In this document: positions 25,667-38,757 of the stretch, one piece after another
How positions within the stretch are numbered: position 1 is the stretch's first letter
How the letters are laid out: every line of letters begins with the position of its first letter
DNA from: Eledone cirrhosa
Taxonomy: Eukaryota
Reading direction: 5' to 3'
NCBI GenBank assembly: GCA_964016885.1
Contig: OZ024740.1
Coordinates: 124,372,001 to 124,436,000 of the forward strand
DNA: 64,000 nt
Notes under the pieces: generated by a model
Seen by the model: only the letters and a program-made list of their open reading frames with translations
What the model was told of the DNA's origin: nothing
Databases searched by the model: none
Position numbers and translations under genes: made by a program

Positions 25667-26381
25667 ATAAATTAGTGATCAGATTTTGTTAGGGGAAATT
25701 GAAGACTATATCAACATACAATGGTTTTTGACTCAACAGGTGGTTTCCATGGTGGTTAACCATTAGTACAATGAAGATAATTCCAGGAGTGCTTATATAT
25801 AATATAATAAGAAACATGAATACAATAACATCGCAGTTAGAGGATCAACATTTATTATGCAATTGACATGTGTTTTGTTATCTCACAAATGAACAATAAC
25901 TAGAAACACTATTCCGATTATATCTATTGGAAAAGTCAATTCCTACTATATTGTATTATAGCGGTAGAGCATCAGACACCATGCTTTTCAGCATAGAGTT
26001 ATAGCCCTTTACGTTCTGAGTTCAGATCCCGTCGAGGTTAGTTTTGCCTTTTATCCTTACAGAGTCGATAAAAATAAAAGCATCAGTAATGTACTGGGGT
26101 AATTGCTGGCTGTGTGCCAAATGTAGAAACAATTATTAAATAAGACAACTTGTTGGAAGGAAAAACAACAATGTTTACATTTATATAAGGTGCTAGTGAC
26201 TTGTACACACAAACACGCACACACCAACACACACACACATAAATATATATATATGAGGGTGTGGTTTCATATGTGAGGAATATAGTACATAACAGTTCAA
26301 TGGTCTATAGAGAAAAGGAAGAAGAAGAAAGAAAGATAATGTACTCAGACAGTGGGAAAGGTAGAACCTTAAGTAGTTTAA

Positions 26382-26601
26382 CCCTTTAATGTTCAAACCG
26401 GCCAAAACCGGCCAGAATTCTCTACCTCTTTCTGTTGAAACTGGCTATAACTGGTCTCTCAAACTGATGTTAAGGTATTGTTCTCAAAATAAATATTTTC
26501 AAAATCTCATAGATTCGATATTATGTGAGATAATTATGTGAGGTAAAGCCTTTACCATGAAAATATAATAGTATATATAGAGTAATGTGAATGCTAAAGG
26601 G
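26382..26601. mobile_element. piggyBac-type MITE
   Basis: TTAA on both flanks. TIRs ccctttaatgttca / tgaatgctaaaggg. Confidence 0.75.
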
Positions 26602-27053
26602 TTAAACATCAGTCTTACCTTACTATCATTAGCTGTCACAAGTTGCGCTGTTATATAAAGCCATAGGTTCCTTGAGTGAATTCTATTTTATGGTTGTTCC
26701 TACATGCCAGAATTTTAAAGGTAGATCAAAGATTATTTTATATTGCCGACTTAATTTGCAGTATACAGCATAGATATACGGCTATATATGTTGATGTTAT
26801 CTTTTCTAGGAAAGCTTTTTATGCCTTGTACATGTTGTTAGATAGATAAATTAAGGATGATAATATTAACGTCAGGGTCTTGATGGAAGGATTTTTAGTT
26901 CAAGTTTTATGCTAGTCAGGATTATAATATGAGAACATTCTGTTTTGCTTATGTTTAAAATCAAAAACACTTTTCAATCTGTTACTAATTAGATTTTATC
27001 TTATACTAATATAATACATTTCTATTATACTGATTTTACAAGTGAATCTCTGT

Positions 27054-27390
27054 ATCATCATCATCATCATTTCATTTTACGTCCGCTTTTCCCTGCTTGC
27101 AACGGTGGGATGGGAACTGATTCTGGCTTGATTTCTACAGTTGGATGCCTTTCCTAATACGAACCTCATTTACAGTGAGTGCTGGGTGCTTTTTTGCCGT
27201 GGCACCTACACGTTCACTTTTCAGTGGAATGATAGGGAACCCAGTCCCTATCATCTCATTTCTACAGCTGAGTAAACTGGAGCAATGTGAAATAAAGCTC
27301 AAGGAAACAACACATCACCCGGTCTGTGAATTAAACTCACAACCTTTCGATTGCAAGGCCAATGCTCTAACCACTAAGCCATGTGCCTCC
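27054..27390 (-). mobile_element. CORE-type SINE family 2
   Basis: Matches 3417-3750. Confidence 0.88.
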
Positions 27391-27865
27391 ATATATATAT
27401 GTATATATATTTTTTATCGACTGAAACCGGTACTATAAATTATTTTTTAAAAGATGTTTTTCTGTTTTTCTATGAGAAAATACTCTGAGCATTTTCTACT
27501 TTTTTTCTTTTTTTCCTAATATTTATATGTGTGTGTGTGTGTACAAGTTATTATCACCTTATATAAATGTAAACATTGTTGTTTTTCTTTCCCACGTGTT
27601 GTCTTATTTAATAATTGTTTCTACTTTTGGCACAAGGCCAGCAATCACCCAGTACATTACTGGTACCTTATTTTATCGACCCCGTAAGGATGAAAGGCAA
27701 AGTTAACCTCGATATTGTTCATTTGTGAGATAACGAAACACATGACAATTGCATAATGAATGTTGATCCTCTAACTGCAATGTTGTCATATTCATGTTAC
27801 TTATTATATTATATATATATAAATGTGTGTGTGTTTGTGTGTCTGCATTTATGTTCCACAATTCA

Positions 27866-28023
27866 CGAGGGTTGGCTGAAATGTTCATCGGCTGAACATA
27901 TTTCAATTCTTCTTATTAATAACTGCATTGTTTTTTTCCTGGGACTATGTTGAAAAAGAAACCACAGTTCGTCATTTTATGAGAGTATTTTGGTCAGCCT
28001 ATGAACTCTTCAGCCAACCTTCA
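27866..28023. mobile_element. Mariner-derived MITE (~160 bp)
   Basis: TIRs gagggttggctgaaatgttcatcggctga / tcagcctatgaactcttcagccaaccttc, similar to the ends of 8647-9873. Confidence 0.75.
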
Positions 28024-29777
28024 ACACAAAGTACCAGTCTTGGAAAAATCGTACTGTGGTTGATATAATTTTCTAGATGAAGGCATTTCTCAGCATGGCT
28101 GTAATCTAATGAGTAAATCCAGAAAAATAATAAAAGAATATATTAAAATTTGCTTCTTATATAATTTTCTTTTCACTTATTAGTCAATGAGGGAATGGTA
28201 GCACCAATGACCTTTTATGATTTCAAGATCAGTGAGAAAGAAAAATATTATATTCAAACTTCAGCATTGGCTGTGATGCTTCCAGTAAAATGAACCATGT
28301 TAACCATACTCGAAAATAAGGTATTTGTGTGGATTATGTTTGTATGTATGGACCTGTAAATCCTGGTGTAGAAGCATTTTTATAGCATTCTAGAGCGTTT
28401 AAAATAGATCAGAGCCAATCCCTCTCCATGTCTAAATGCATCTGATTACTTCGAGAGAAGATGAGATAGAGTGATAGAGGAGTGAGAAAGTGTTATAGAG
28501 GAAGAATCGTCCTAGGTAACGGACTAGTACTATTTTTAATCGATCTTGAAAAGATGAAAGGCAAAGTTGACTGAGGCAGGATTCTGACTCAGAGATTAGA
28601 GAGCTAGCATAAATTTCGCTAACATTCTAAATACCCCGCCAAATTTATCAACTGAATTAATTTTCCACCCAAGAAAACAAAGAGCTGGAACAAATAGTAT
28701 AAGGCATCTTGTCTGATGCTCTAAACAATCTTGCTAGTTTATTAATTTTACTTGTATAATATTCAAACAACTCAGAAAGAATAAAAGGTAATGTTGCCGA
28801 TGAAAGGATTTGAGCTTAAAGCTAAGATAGCTGTAACAAATATTGCTAATTATATTGTTCTATGCGATAATTGCTATACAAATCTGCCACCTAATGGAAG
28901 TAGAAAAAGGATTAAACCAAAAAATGGATGGAAAGAACCGAAATACCAAGAAAAAAATCAACTTAAGCACTCTTCTGTCTTCAGATACAATAGATTAGCA
29001 GCTGAAGATGGCATATGTCTAGACAAGATAGCATTGAGTGTCACCAGTGGATTAAGCAGTCTGTCACTCCACTTTACATTAACCATTTTGTTAAAGGGGA
29101 AGGGAAAATTTCAATACTGGCTGGCACCAGTGTCATAGCCACAAGGAAATTGAAGGCAATGTTAGACTGCTCTAGGGATACCTGTTCCTTATTTGTAGTT
29201 GATTAAATTGATTGCAGTACATGATTGGTATGGGTATGTTTGTTATAGTGTATCAAACCCAGAAATATAAAATGCTAAGTACACCTTACTGAGATTTGTA
29301 AACAGAATATAAAGTTGAAGAACAAATGCCATTCTAATGGTTCTATCATTGACTGTTCTCCTATAGCTTATGTACCATCTCCCTTATTACCATCAATGAC
29401 AACATATATTATAACAATATCAATATAAAAAACAAAGAAATAAAGAAAAGAAAGATATAGAGTGAATAAATAAAGAGAAAAAAGATGAGGAAGTCATGAT
29501 TTCATATGGTGATGATGATGGCAACAAACATACAGAATACATTTATAGAATACACCTTATTCATGAAACATTCAGAATATATGCTATTGTGTTGTACAAT
29601 CTGGTAAAACGTTCACATTGGGAATTATGCGATGCCACTCAAAATTCCTGCACAGGTGTTGAAAGTCAAGTTTAAGAATTTAATGATGCCTCAAGTTATA
29701 ATGCACATATTTACAAGATCACAGAATTATAAATTATTAAAAGTGTATTAGGATATATGAATATGTTCATTTGTCAA

Positions 29778-30376
29778 TCATCATCATCATCATCACTGTT
29801 TTAGGTCCATTCATCCATTCTAGCATGGGTTAGTTGGGTTGTCCTGTGGTGTGTAATTCCATGTCAGGTGTCCATGTCTTGCCCATATGGGAACTGATTT
29901 TGGCTTGATTTCTACAGCTGGATGCCCTTCCTAACACCAACCTCATTTACAGTGAGTGCTGGGTGCTTTTTTACCGTGACGCTTAGACAACCACTTACAG
30001 TGTGGGCTGGGTGCTTTTTTGTCGAGACACCTCCTCAACCACTTTGCAGTGGGTAAGTGGAAAGAGAGTGTGGGCATATTGTCTATATGCTTCAGCTTTG
30101 GCTTGCACCCATGGGAAGTTGGGTCATCTGTATTACTGCTTAATGGCAGAGGTCTCGGTCCTGTGTCATCTCCTTTGAGAGGTGCAATTGGGCCAGCTCA
30201 GATTTGATTACCTCATCTCAAGACTTCTTGTGTCTCCCTACTCCAAGGCTTCCATCGCCTTTTAGTGCTCTGCATCTTTTTCTGAGGCTGTCATCCTTCA
30301 TACGCATGAGATGTCCATACCAACGCAACCTCCTCTATTGCACACAGCATTTGATTCCTCTTGTGCTCAGTCTCTC
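29778..30376 (-). mobile_element. RTE-B, 5'-truncated
   Basis: 3'UTR and C-terminal homology to 21372-22181. Confidence 0.88.
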
Positions 30377-30419
30377 TATATATAGCATGGATAAATATAC
30401 GTAAAAACGATGATGATGA

Positions 30420-31850
30420 TATATATAACCCCCCCCCCCCCCCCCCCCCGTCTGAACTCCCCACCCCTCTTCCTTTAACCTTCACTGACTCCCCCCTTCC
30501 TGTCTCCCCCTACAACGCCACCAACTTCTACCCACACCTACACACCCACACCCTACCACCCTACTAACACCTACTGTACTACTGAAACACCCCCCCCCCG
30601 GCACTCTTACCTCCCATTCCTTCAACTTTAACTCTCTTCACACTAACACACACACTTACACCCTAAATACACACACACACACACCAATATATATACTCAC
30701 TCACACCGACCTCACCTCCCCACATATCCACCACACCTTCTGCACACACATACACATAACTCCATACACACATGCAACTCTCACCCACATTCAACTGCTT
30801 GTCTCTACAACTACTACCCTCCCACACAGACAGCAAAGCTACTAGCTTCTTACTCACCAGTCTGTTCTGCAGGCTCCACCTCACACATTGCCCTGCCAAC
30901 TTCACCCTTGCCACGTTCTCATCCCATTCCTTTGACTTGACCATCTTGACAACTTCCTGTTGCGTGCACCCTATAACTTCCACCTCACCATTTTTTCCAT
31001 CCTACCACAATGAATTTATCACTTGGATATTGACGGGATTTTACATCTGGATCTTTACGATCCACATACATACACACCAATATCCATTCAGAAACTTAAA
31101 CACACAGACGCTTGCACCATTTTCGCACACATGCAACTACACGTTTCACATGAACCCACATCATCCTCTCTTAACCACACAAACACACGTGCACATACAC
31201 CCACACTCCATCCCACACCGCTCCTGGATTCGACGCGATCTCATCACACCCCCATCCGATCCTTTCCATCCACACACACACCTACGCCTATACTGATACT
31301 ATACACACACAGACACACACTCCACTCCAATACACACAATGGTTTTTCAAAACCCACAATCACATACACTCACTTTCTCCCAGACTCTCACACTTACATC
31401 CACGCATACACACACACACACACACCTCACTTTCCGCCATTCCTGCTCGGACTCCATCTTTCCTTTCCCTTCTCTCTTCCCCTCCACCCACACATATGGA
31501 CCACCACACCCATGCCTTCCCGGATAAATACACCCCTCTCACTTTTTAATATTCTGTTCTTTTTTAAAATTCCGTTTTCTTTATATATTCCTTTTAATTC
31601 TGTTTCTATTTATTTCCAGTTAATGTTTTATATTTATTTTTATTTCTATTTTTCCCGTGCTTCCATGTTTTTCCTGCTAACTCCCTCCTCCCACTACTTC
31701 TCAGAGTTCCTCCCACCCACTCTCCTGATGAAGGGCTTATGTCCAAAACGTTGTAAACACCCCTTCCCCCCACTCACACCAAACGTGAAGCTAATAACAC
31801 CATGTAACATTTTCTCCTGCATTTGATTGTTTATTGTCATTTGAAACTAT
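30420..31850 (+). mobile_element. Probable PLE 3' region/pLTR (C/A-rich) with decayed hammerhead
   Basis: CTGATGA-A-GGGC-ttat-GTCC-(A)AAACGT at 31725-31751. Ends in (TA)n. Confidence 0.5.
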
Positions 31851-31859
31851 ATATATATA

Positions 31860-32312
31860 TAGGTAAAGGTTCAGGACCCTGACGGCAGAGCTCAAGCCAT
31901 TATTTTGCTACAGAGTTGTTGTAGGATCCGGTTGTGTCTGGATTTGAATTTTACACCCTTCACCAGGTGGAAGAGGTCGTTCTTGGAGGGTGAGAGCAGG
32001 GGGTTCGGTGGGGGAGATTTGTAGGTATTGAATCCAAATCTCTCCTTGGTGTCGAAGTCCTGGTTGTCATGGTATCTATTGTAGAAGAATGTTCTCCATC
32101 TAAATCTTTTCTCAAACAGGTCGATTTTTTCCGTGAGCTTCCGTAGGTAAAGTTTTGTCGGTGGAACTGGGATGTTCTTGGTGGAGAAGTCAATAGTGTG
32201 TTTTCACATGGTAGGTAGTTTGAAGAAACTGGAACTTGGTGGAAAAGTCAGGATATGGCGTGGCAGGGTCGGAAAGTGCTCCAGTGCTGTTGGGGTCCTG
32301 AACCTTTTCCTA
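31860..32312 (-). mobile_element. PLE ORF N-terminal fragment bounded by 28-bp inverted repeats
   Basis: 32209->31892 translates M*KHTIDFSTKNIPVPPTKLYLRKLTEKIDLFEKRFRWRTFF..KERFGFNTYKSPPP..NDLFHLVKGVKFK. IRs taggtaaaggttcaggaccctgacggca / tgctgttggggtcctgaaccttttccta. Confidence 0.75.
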
Positions 32313-32339
32313 TTACCCACTCTACTACCCAAAGTATCG

Positions 32340-32470
32340 AGAGAAAACCTGCCAGATAGTCCTATATGAGCGAGACACGGTCACCTGACCAACATTGCCT
32401 CAAATTGGGAGAAATCCCGTCTAATCGATGCTAGCGTGGAAGATAGACGTTAAACGATGATGATGATAAT
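32340..32470 (+). mobile_element. RTE 3' tail fragment
   Basis: atgctagcgtggaagatagacgttaaac followed by (gat)n. Confidence 0.7.
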
Positions 32471-32544
32471 GATATATATATATATATCATCATCATCATT
32501 TTACGTCCGCTTGTTATATATATATATATATATATGTATATAAC

Positions 32545-32860
32545 AAGTTATCGTTATAGGTAATCCATTTAGATGTTGTGAGTACGCTGTGTCGTGGATA
32601 GTTTTAACGTACGGCTTTGTTTGATTTAACAAGATGTTTCCATAGTTAGGCAGCGAGTTCGCGGGAATTCCTATGCAGGTTATACTTGGAGTAATAATAG
32701 TGAAAGAATGAAGAGTAACATGGTTGGCTGTACAATAAGGGCCTTTATTTCAGCAATTAGCGGCCTCTAGACTCACCTGCTCAATGAAACAATTGTTAAT
32801 ACCTAAAATAAAGCCCCTTGTTGTACAGCCAACCATGTTACTCTTCATTCTTTCACTATA
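32545..32860. mobile_element. Fold-back element in (TA)n (arms 32697-32750 / 32806-32860)
   Basis: Inverted arms. The loop carries GAAACAATTGTT (palindromic stem-III-like), followed by AATAAA. Confidence 0.7.
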
Positions 32861-32904
32861 TATATATATATGTGTGTATATATATATATGTGTATATATT
32901 TATG

Positions 32905-34025
32905 TGGACTAGAAAGAAAGGGTCTCAAAATCAACCTGACAAAGACTAATGTCCTTGTAAAAAGATGAGAAAACAGAGCCTAGATCCCCTCTCAGGAAAA
33001 TGGCCTTGCTCAGTATGTAGGAAAAGTGTAGGTAGGAACACCATCCTCTGCCCAAAATGCAAACAATGGGTACACAAAAGATGTAGTGGGATCTCAGGAA
33101 ACTTAGCTAAGAATATAGGCTTTACATACAGCAGCTGCACTGGGACAGCAAGCAGGAAACAAGCACCACCAAACTCTGGCAGGGTTCTGTAGAATCAATA
33201 GACAGATTTTGCTACCTAGGAGACCAAATTAGCAGTGGAAGTGGGTGTTCAGAAATTACAGTAGCCAGGGTAAGAACGGGATGGAAGAAGTTCAGGGAAC
33301 TACTGCCACTGCTGGCTGCAAAAGGCTTTTCCCTCAAAATAAAAGGCAGACTATATGATGCGTGCATATGAACAGCTATGTTACATGGTAGTGAGACCTG
33401 GGCGTTGTGTGTAGAGACTTGCGTAGATTAGAAAGAAACGAAGCCTGCATGCTATGATGGATGAGTAATAGTAATATACGTGAACGGCAAAGTATAAATG
33501 AATTGAGAGAGAGAGCATAAGAGGAATCAAATGCTGTGTGCAGGAGAGGATGTTGCGTTGGTATGGACATGTGATGTGCATAAAGGATGGCAGCTGCATA
33601 AAAAGGTGCAGAGCAGTAGAAGTCAATAGAAACTGTGAAGTGGGAAGACCCAAGAAGATCGGGGATGAGGTGATAAAAGCCAACCTTACCCAATTGCACC
33701 TTTCAAAGGCGATGACACAGGACCGTGACCTCTAACGTCACAGAGTAGTACAGAAGACCAGACTTACAATGGGAACAGGCGGAAGCTGAAGCATATAGAC
33801 AATATGCCATACTGCAAAGTTGTTGTGGAGGTGCCACGACAAAAAAGCACCGAGTCCACTGCGTAAATGAGGTTGGTGTTAGGAAAGGCATCCAGCTGTA
33901 GAAATCGAACCAAAATCAGTTTCTTTATGAGCAAGACAAGGTCAGCCGACTGGGCACTGCCCACAAAAGGACAACCTGTTTAACCCATGCTAGCGTGGAA
34001 GAATGGACGTAAAACGATGATGATA
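32905..34025 (+). mobile_element. RTE-B, 5'-truncated, with PHD
   Basis: ORF 32965..33192 (CSVCRK..CPKCKQWVHKRC) and an (ATG)n tail. Confidence 0.92.
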
Positions 34026-34104
34026 TATATGTATGTAATATTAATAAATTTGAAGACTTAATCATTTAACTGTTATTTTAATAAATATATATGAATGTAT
34101 ATTA

Positions 34105-35660
34105 TCATCATCTTCATCATCATCATTTTAGGTCTGCTTTACCCTACTTGCAAGGGTTGGACGGGTCCTATTCAGCACAGTATCGCTCCACTTGTCACGG
34201 TCCTTCGTCATCTCGGTGAGTTTCAGTTATCAGAGGTCTGCTCTCACCACCTCCACCCATGTTTTTTGTGGTCTACCTCTACTGCGTCTTCCTTCTACTG
34301 GTATTTCTTGGCACTTCTTTACCCACCGGTCATCCTCCATGCGCATCACATGTCCATACCATCTCAGTCTTCTCTCCTGACAACACAACTTATCCCTCTT
34401 ATACCCAGTTTCTTTCTCAACTCGTCTATGCTTGGTTGTTCATGCACATTGACATTGCACATCCAACGGAGCATACTTGCTTCATTTCTCTCCAGCCGTC
34501 GCATATCTTCTGCAGTTGCTGCCCATGTCTCACTACCATGCAGCATTGCGCATCTCACACAGGTATCATATAACCGTACTTTCGTATGCAGGGAGAAACC
34601 CTTCTTTGTCAACAGAGGAAGCAGCTCCCTAAACTTCTTCCAACCTGTCCTTATTCTAGATACTATGGCCTCAGAACACCCCCTCCCATGCTAATCTGAT
34701 CACCTAGGTACCGGAAGCTATCAACCACTTCTATAGAACCCACCTGCATTGGAAAAATGAGTCTATCATGGCGATTACTACTGCCAACTTTCCCTGTACA
34801 TCTTCTGCATACATAGTTTTCCCTACCAGTTAGTTTGCCAGCTGTCCCACGACATCTCTTCTGTACCCAAGATCAGCATTGTGTACATTTTATGGAATTT
34901 ATGCCAGTTCCTTTCCTGCATATTGAACAAGGCCATTTCCCTGATGGAATCAGAGTATTGCCCTCTCTTCTACTTATAAATACTTTTGTTTTAGATATGT
35001 TCAATCTCAGGTCTGTTTCCATAGCCAGAATTTATTCTCTAGCACCTATACTGATTCTGCTATAAGAACCAGATCATCAGCATAGAGAAGTTCCCATGGG
35101 CAGCCAGTCTTAAACTCCCCTGTTGTGGCTTGGAGGACTATAATGAACAAGAGCAAGCTGAGGATCGAACCCTAATGTACACCTACTTGTATCTGGATTT
35201 CCTCACTAAACTCCATTCCTATTGTCACTTTACTGACAGCACCCCTGTACATAGCTTGCACTGTCCTCACAAGTCATTCCTCTACACCTAGTTTCCTTAG
35301 GGTCAACAAAAGCTAAGTATAGTGGCTTATTCTTTTCTAAGAACCTCTCTTGTAATTGCCTCACTAAGAAGAGGGCACCTGTTGTACTTTTCCAAGGCAC
35401 AAAACCAAGCTGCATCTCATCTAGTTTGACCCTTTCTCTAATCAGTTGCACTAATATTCTCTCTGCCACTGATCCATCAACTTTATGCCCCTATAATTGC
35501 TCCTCTCTAGAGCATCTTCTTTACCTTTGTACCAATTTATGAGAATACTGCTGCACGAGTCTTTGGGTATGACACCACCATATATAGCTTGATTAATGAT
35601 GCGTGCCACTAGTTTAGTGCCTACTTCTCCTGATGCCTTCAGCATCTCAGCAACTATCCC
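34105..35660 (-). mobile_element. RTE-C LINE fragment (RT, PHD, tail)
   Basis: ORFs 35451..35645 (NYRGIKL), 35230..35469 and 34364..34612. The 3'UTR is shorter and distinct. Confidence 0.9.
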
Positions 35661-35673
35661 CTATATTAAATAT

Positions 35674-35761
<88 letters not shown>

Positions 35762-35780
35762 ATATATATAAATATATACA

Positions 35781-36374
35781 AGAAACGAAGCCTGCATGCT
35801 CCGATGGATGTGTAATAGTAATATACGTGAACGGCAAAGCATAAATGAATTGAGAGAGAGACTGAGCATCAGAGGAATTAAATGCAGTTTGCAGGAGAGG
35901 CGGTTGCATTGGTATGGACATGTGATGCATATGAAGGATGACAGCTGCATAAAAAGGTGCAGAGCACTAGAAGTCGATGGAGACCACGGAGTGGGAGACC
36001 CAAGAAGACCTGGGATGAGGTGATAAAAGCTGACCTTACCTCTCAAAGGTGATGACACACGACCTCTGGCGTCACGCAGTAATACAGAAGACCCGACCCC
36101 CATGAGTACAAACCAAAGCTGAAGCATATAGACAATATTCCCCCACCCCCCTCCCACTGCAAAGTGGTCATGGAGGTACATAAGCACCCAGCCGTCACTG
36201 AAAATGAGGTTGGTGTTAGGAAGGGCATCCAGCTGTAGAAATCAAGCCAGAATCAGTTCCCGTATGAGCAAGACAAGGTCAGCCGACTGGACACTGCCCA
36301 CAACAGGACAACCCGTTTAACCCATGCTAACCTGGAAGAACAGACGTAAAAGGGTGATGATGATGATGATGATG

Positions 36375-36375
<1 letters not shown>
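35781..36375 (+). mobile_element. RTE-B, 5'-truncated
   Basis: ORF 35796..36023. Flanked by (TA)n on both sides. Confidence 0.9.
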
Positions 36376-36419
<44 letters not shown>

Positions 36420-36817
36420 GAAAGAGAGAGAGAGAATGTATGTATGAGTTTCCTACTACCAGTCTTCTAATGACTCATGAAAATTTAGGGTGTTGAGTAT
36501 ATTTTTTACTACTTAACAATTCACCCCAAAGTGATCCCATAGCTATCTACGTGTGTGTATATTTTTCTCCAAAATGGCTGACTGAATACACATGCGTTTT
36601 TCTGTTCCTTCACATTTCCTACTATATCAAGTGTTAAACTAATATATTTCTTCAGGCGTACTGTGTCATTTGCTTCTGTTTATTTTTGCATATATATGTG
36701 TGTGGGGAGGGTGTATTAGAATATTTTTAACACATGAACCACTTGAGTTCAATTTAGGGGTTTATTATTAGTCAATAACTAATCCCTCCCTTGTTTACTT
36801 TAGTATCTGGATCCAAG

Positions 36818-37003
36818 TGGATTGGCAGTATCGGTAGAGGGTCGGACGCCATGCTTTCCAGCATAATTACGTCCCTTTGCGGTCTGAGTTCAAATCCCGC
36901 CGAGGTTAACTTTGCCTTTCATCCTTATGAGGTCGATAAAATAAAGTACCAGCAATACACTGGGTAATTACTGGCCTTGTGCCAAAAAGTAGAAACAATT
37001 ATT
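36818..37003 (+). mobile_element. SINE family 1
   Basis: Near-consensus copy. Confidence 0.9.
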
Positions 37004-37149
37004 TAATTGATGTATTTAATTGTCAAACCTCTTTTGTCATATACTCTATGAGCAGTTCAATATGACTATTTTCATTTTTTCTATTTAGTCCATCTTGTCT
37101 TTTTGAGCTGTATACACACACATATATATATATATATATATGAATCCTG

Positions 37150-38525
37150 ATCATCATCATCATCACCATTTAATTTCCATTTTTCCATGATATTGGCTTA
37201 GCTTCTACAGCGTGCTGCCCTTCCTAATGCTAACCACATTTATAGTGTGTAATGGGTGCTTTTTGTCATATAACCTACACGACCACATTACAGTGTTGAC
37301 TGGGAGCAGGGGACTTATTTGTTAATAGGTGCAATGTTAGGGTGTGGGTGCAGTGTTAGGATATGGGTGCACTGTTAGGATGTGGAAGGTGTATGGAAGG
37401 GGGATGGAAGGGAGGATGGAGACGTTAGGGGAAGATAGTGCATACAAGATGTATGCTTCAACCAGTGCCTATTGGATGGCTGGTCTTCTGTATACAGAAA
37501 ACTTGCCATCCCATATAATGACAGATCTTGATTTTGTGTCGTTGCCTTTGAGAGGTGCAATACATGCAGCATTTATCACTTCATCCCAAGTCTACCTAGG
37601 TCTTCCTACTTCATAGCTTCCATCAACTCTCATGCTATATACCTTTTTATGCCATTACCATCCATCATATACATCACATGTCCATACCAACACACTCTCC
37701 TCTCCTGCTCACTGCATCTGATCACTCTTATGCCCAGTTTCTCTCAGTTCATGTACGAAGCATGCAAGCTTCATTTCTTTCCTGTCTATACAGGTCCTCT
37801 GCACAGTGTGCCCATGTCTCGCTGCCGTGCAGCATTGCATTTTCTATATGCGCCTCATGCATCGACCCTTCATTTTGAGAGAAAAGCTTTTTGTAGCTAG
37901 CAGCTACAAAACCTTTTCCATCCCATTCTCACTTTTGCTACTGTACTTTTGGAAAAGCCACCTCTACTGCTAATTTGGTCATCCAGGTAACAGAAACTGT
38001 CAACTTCTATGGTATCCTCTAAGCATTTGATTGATCTTGTTTCCTCTCAGCATTTGTTGCTTACTGCTCATGTGCAATGCTCACATGTAAAACCTATGAT
38101 TTTTTATAGCTTACCTGAAATCCCACTACAACTCTTGTTTACCCATAGTTTTCGTTTGGCACAAAGGAGGGAATTTCTACCACCCCTTTCCTACACACTG
38201 AGCAGGACCATTTCCTATAAGGGATCAAGACCTTGTTTTCCTTTCTACTTACTAGAACTTTGTTCTTTGCCAAGTTGACTTTAAAACCTTTTGATTCCAT
38301 GTTATGCTTCCTGGTTAGGAATGTTTTCTGTAGTTCTTCCATAGATGCAACTATGAGAGTGAAATCACCAGGATACAGGAGCTCCCAAGGTATCCAGATT
38401 TAAATTCTTCTGTTACAGCCTGAAGGACAATAATAAACTGTAGAGGGATAAGGATGGAGCCTTGGTGGACACCAAATTGTGCACTAAACTCCTCACTATA
38501 ATCCTTATTTATTTTAACCTTGTTA
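37150..38525 (-). mobile_element. Older RTE fragment (RT, PHD, tail)
   Basis: ORF 38139..38342 (GFKVNLAK..WSCSVCRKG). Many lesions. Confidence 0.85.
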
Positions 38526-38526
38526 T

Positions 38527-38757
38527 ATCATCATCATCACCATTTAAATTTGTTCACACAAGCATGGCTTAGATGAGTTGTCCCACTGTGAAGCAAGCCA
38601 GATCAGATGACTCTGTCTTGCTAAAATAGAATTGATTTTGGCCTAGGTTTCTACATCTGGAAGGTCTTCCTAACACCAATAACATTTACAGTGTGTACTG
38701 AGTGCTTTTATTGTGGTACCAAAATGACCACTTTACAGTGTGGACTGGGCACTTTTA
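38527..38757 (-). mobile_element. RTE 3'UTR fragment
   Basis: (cat)n tail, cttcctaacacc, ccactttacagtgtgg. Confidence 0.75.

Larger units (their letters stand above)
25795..27820. repeat. Large inverted duplication (25795-26250 vs 27515-27820) that includes a SINE-1
   Basis: Unique segments gcagttagaggatcaacat.. and aaacaacaatgtttacatttatataaggtg recur reverse-complemented. Confidence 0.85.

Noticed and set aside
28184-28320. Exon-like segment (ttag|...aag|gtattt)
   Set aside because: No frame stays open to the donor.
28998-29035. CTGAAGA plus short hairpin (similar hits at 13243, 23732 and 53540)
   Set aside because: No correctly placed GAAA and stem I, so these are chance matches.
30772-31826. 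174-aa and 267-aa ORFs
   Set aside because: C/A-rich low-complexity DNA that lacks stops, with no recognisable domain.
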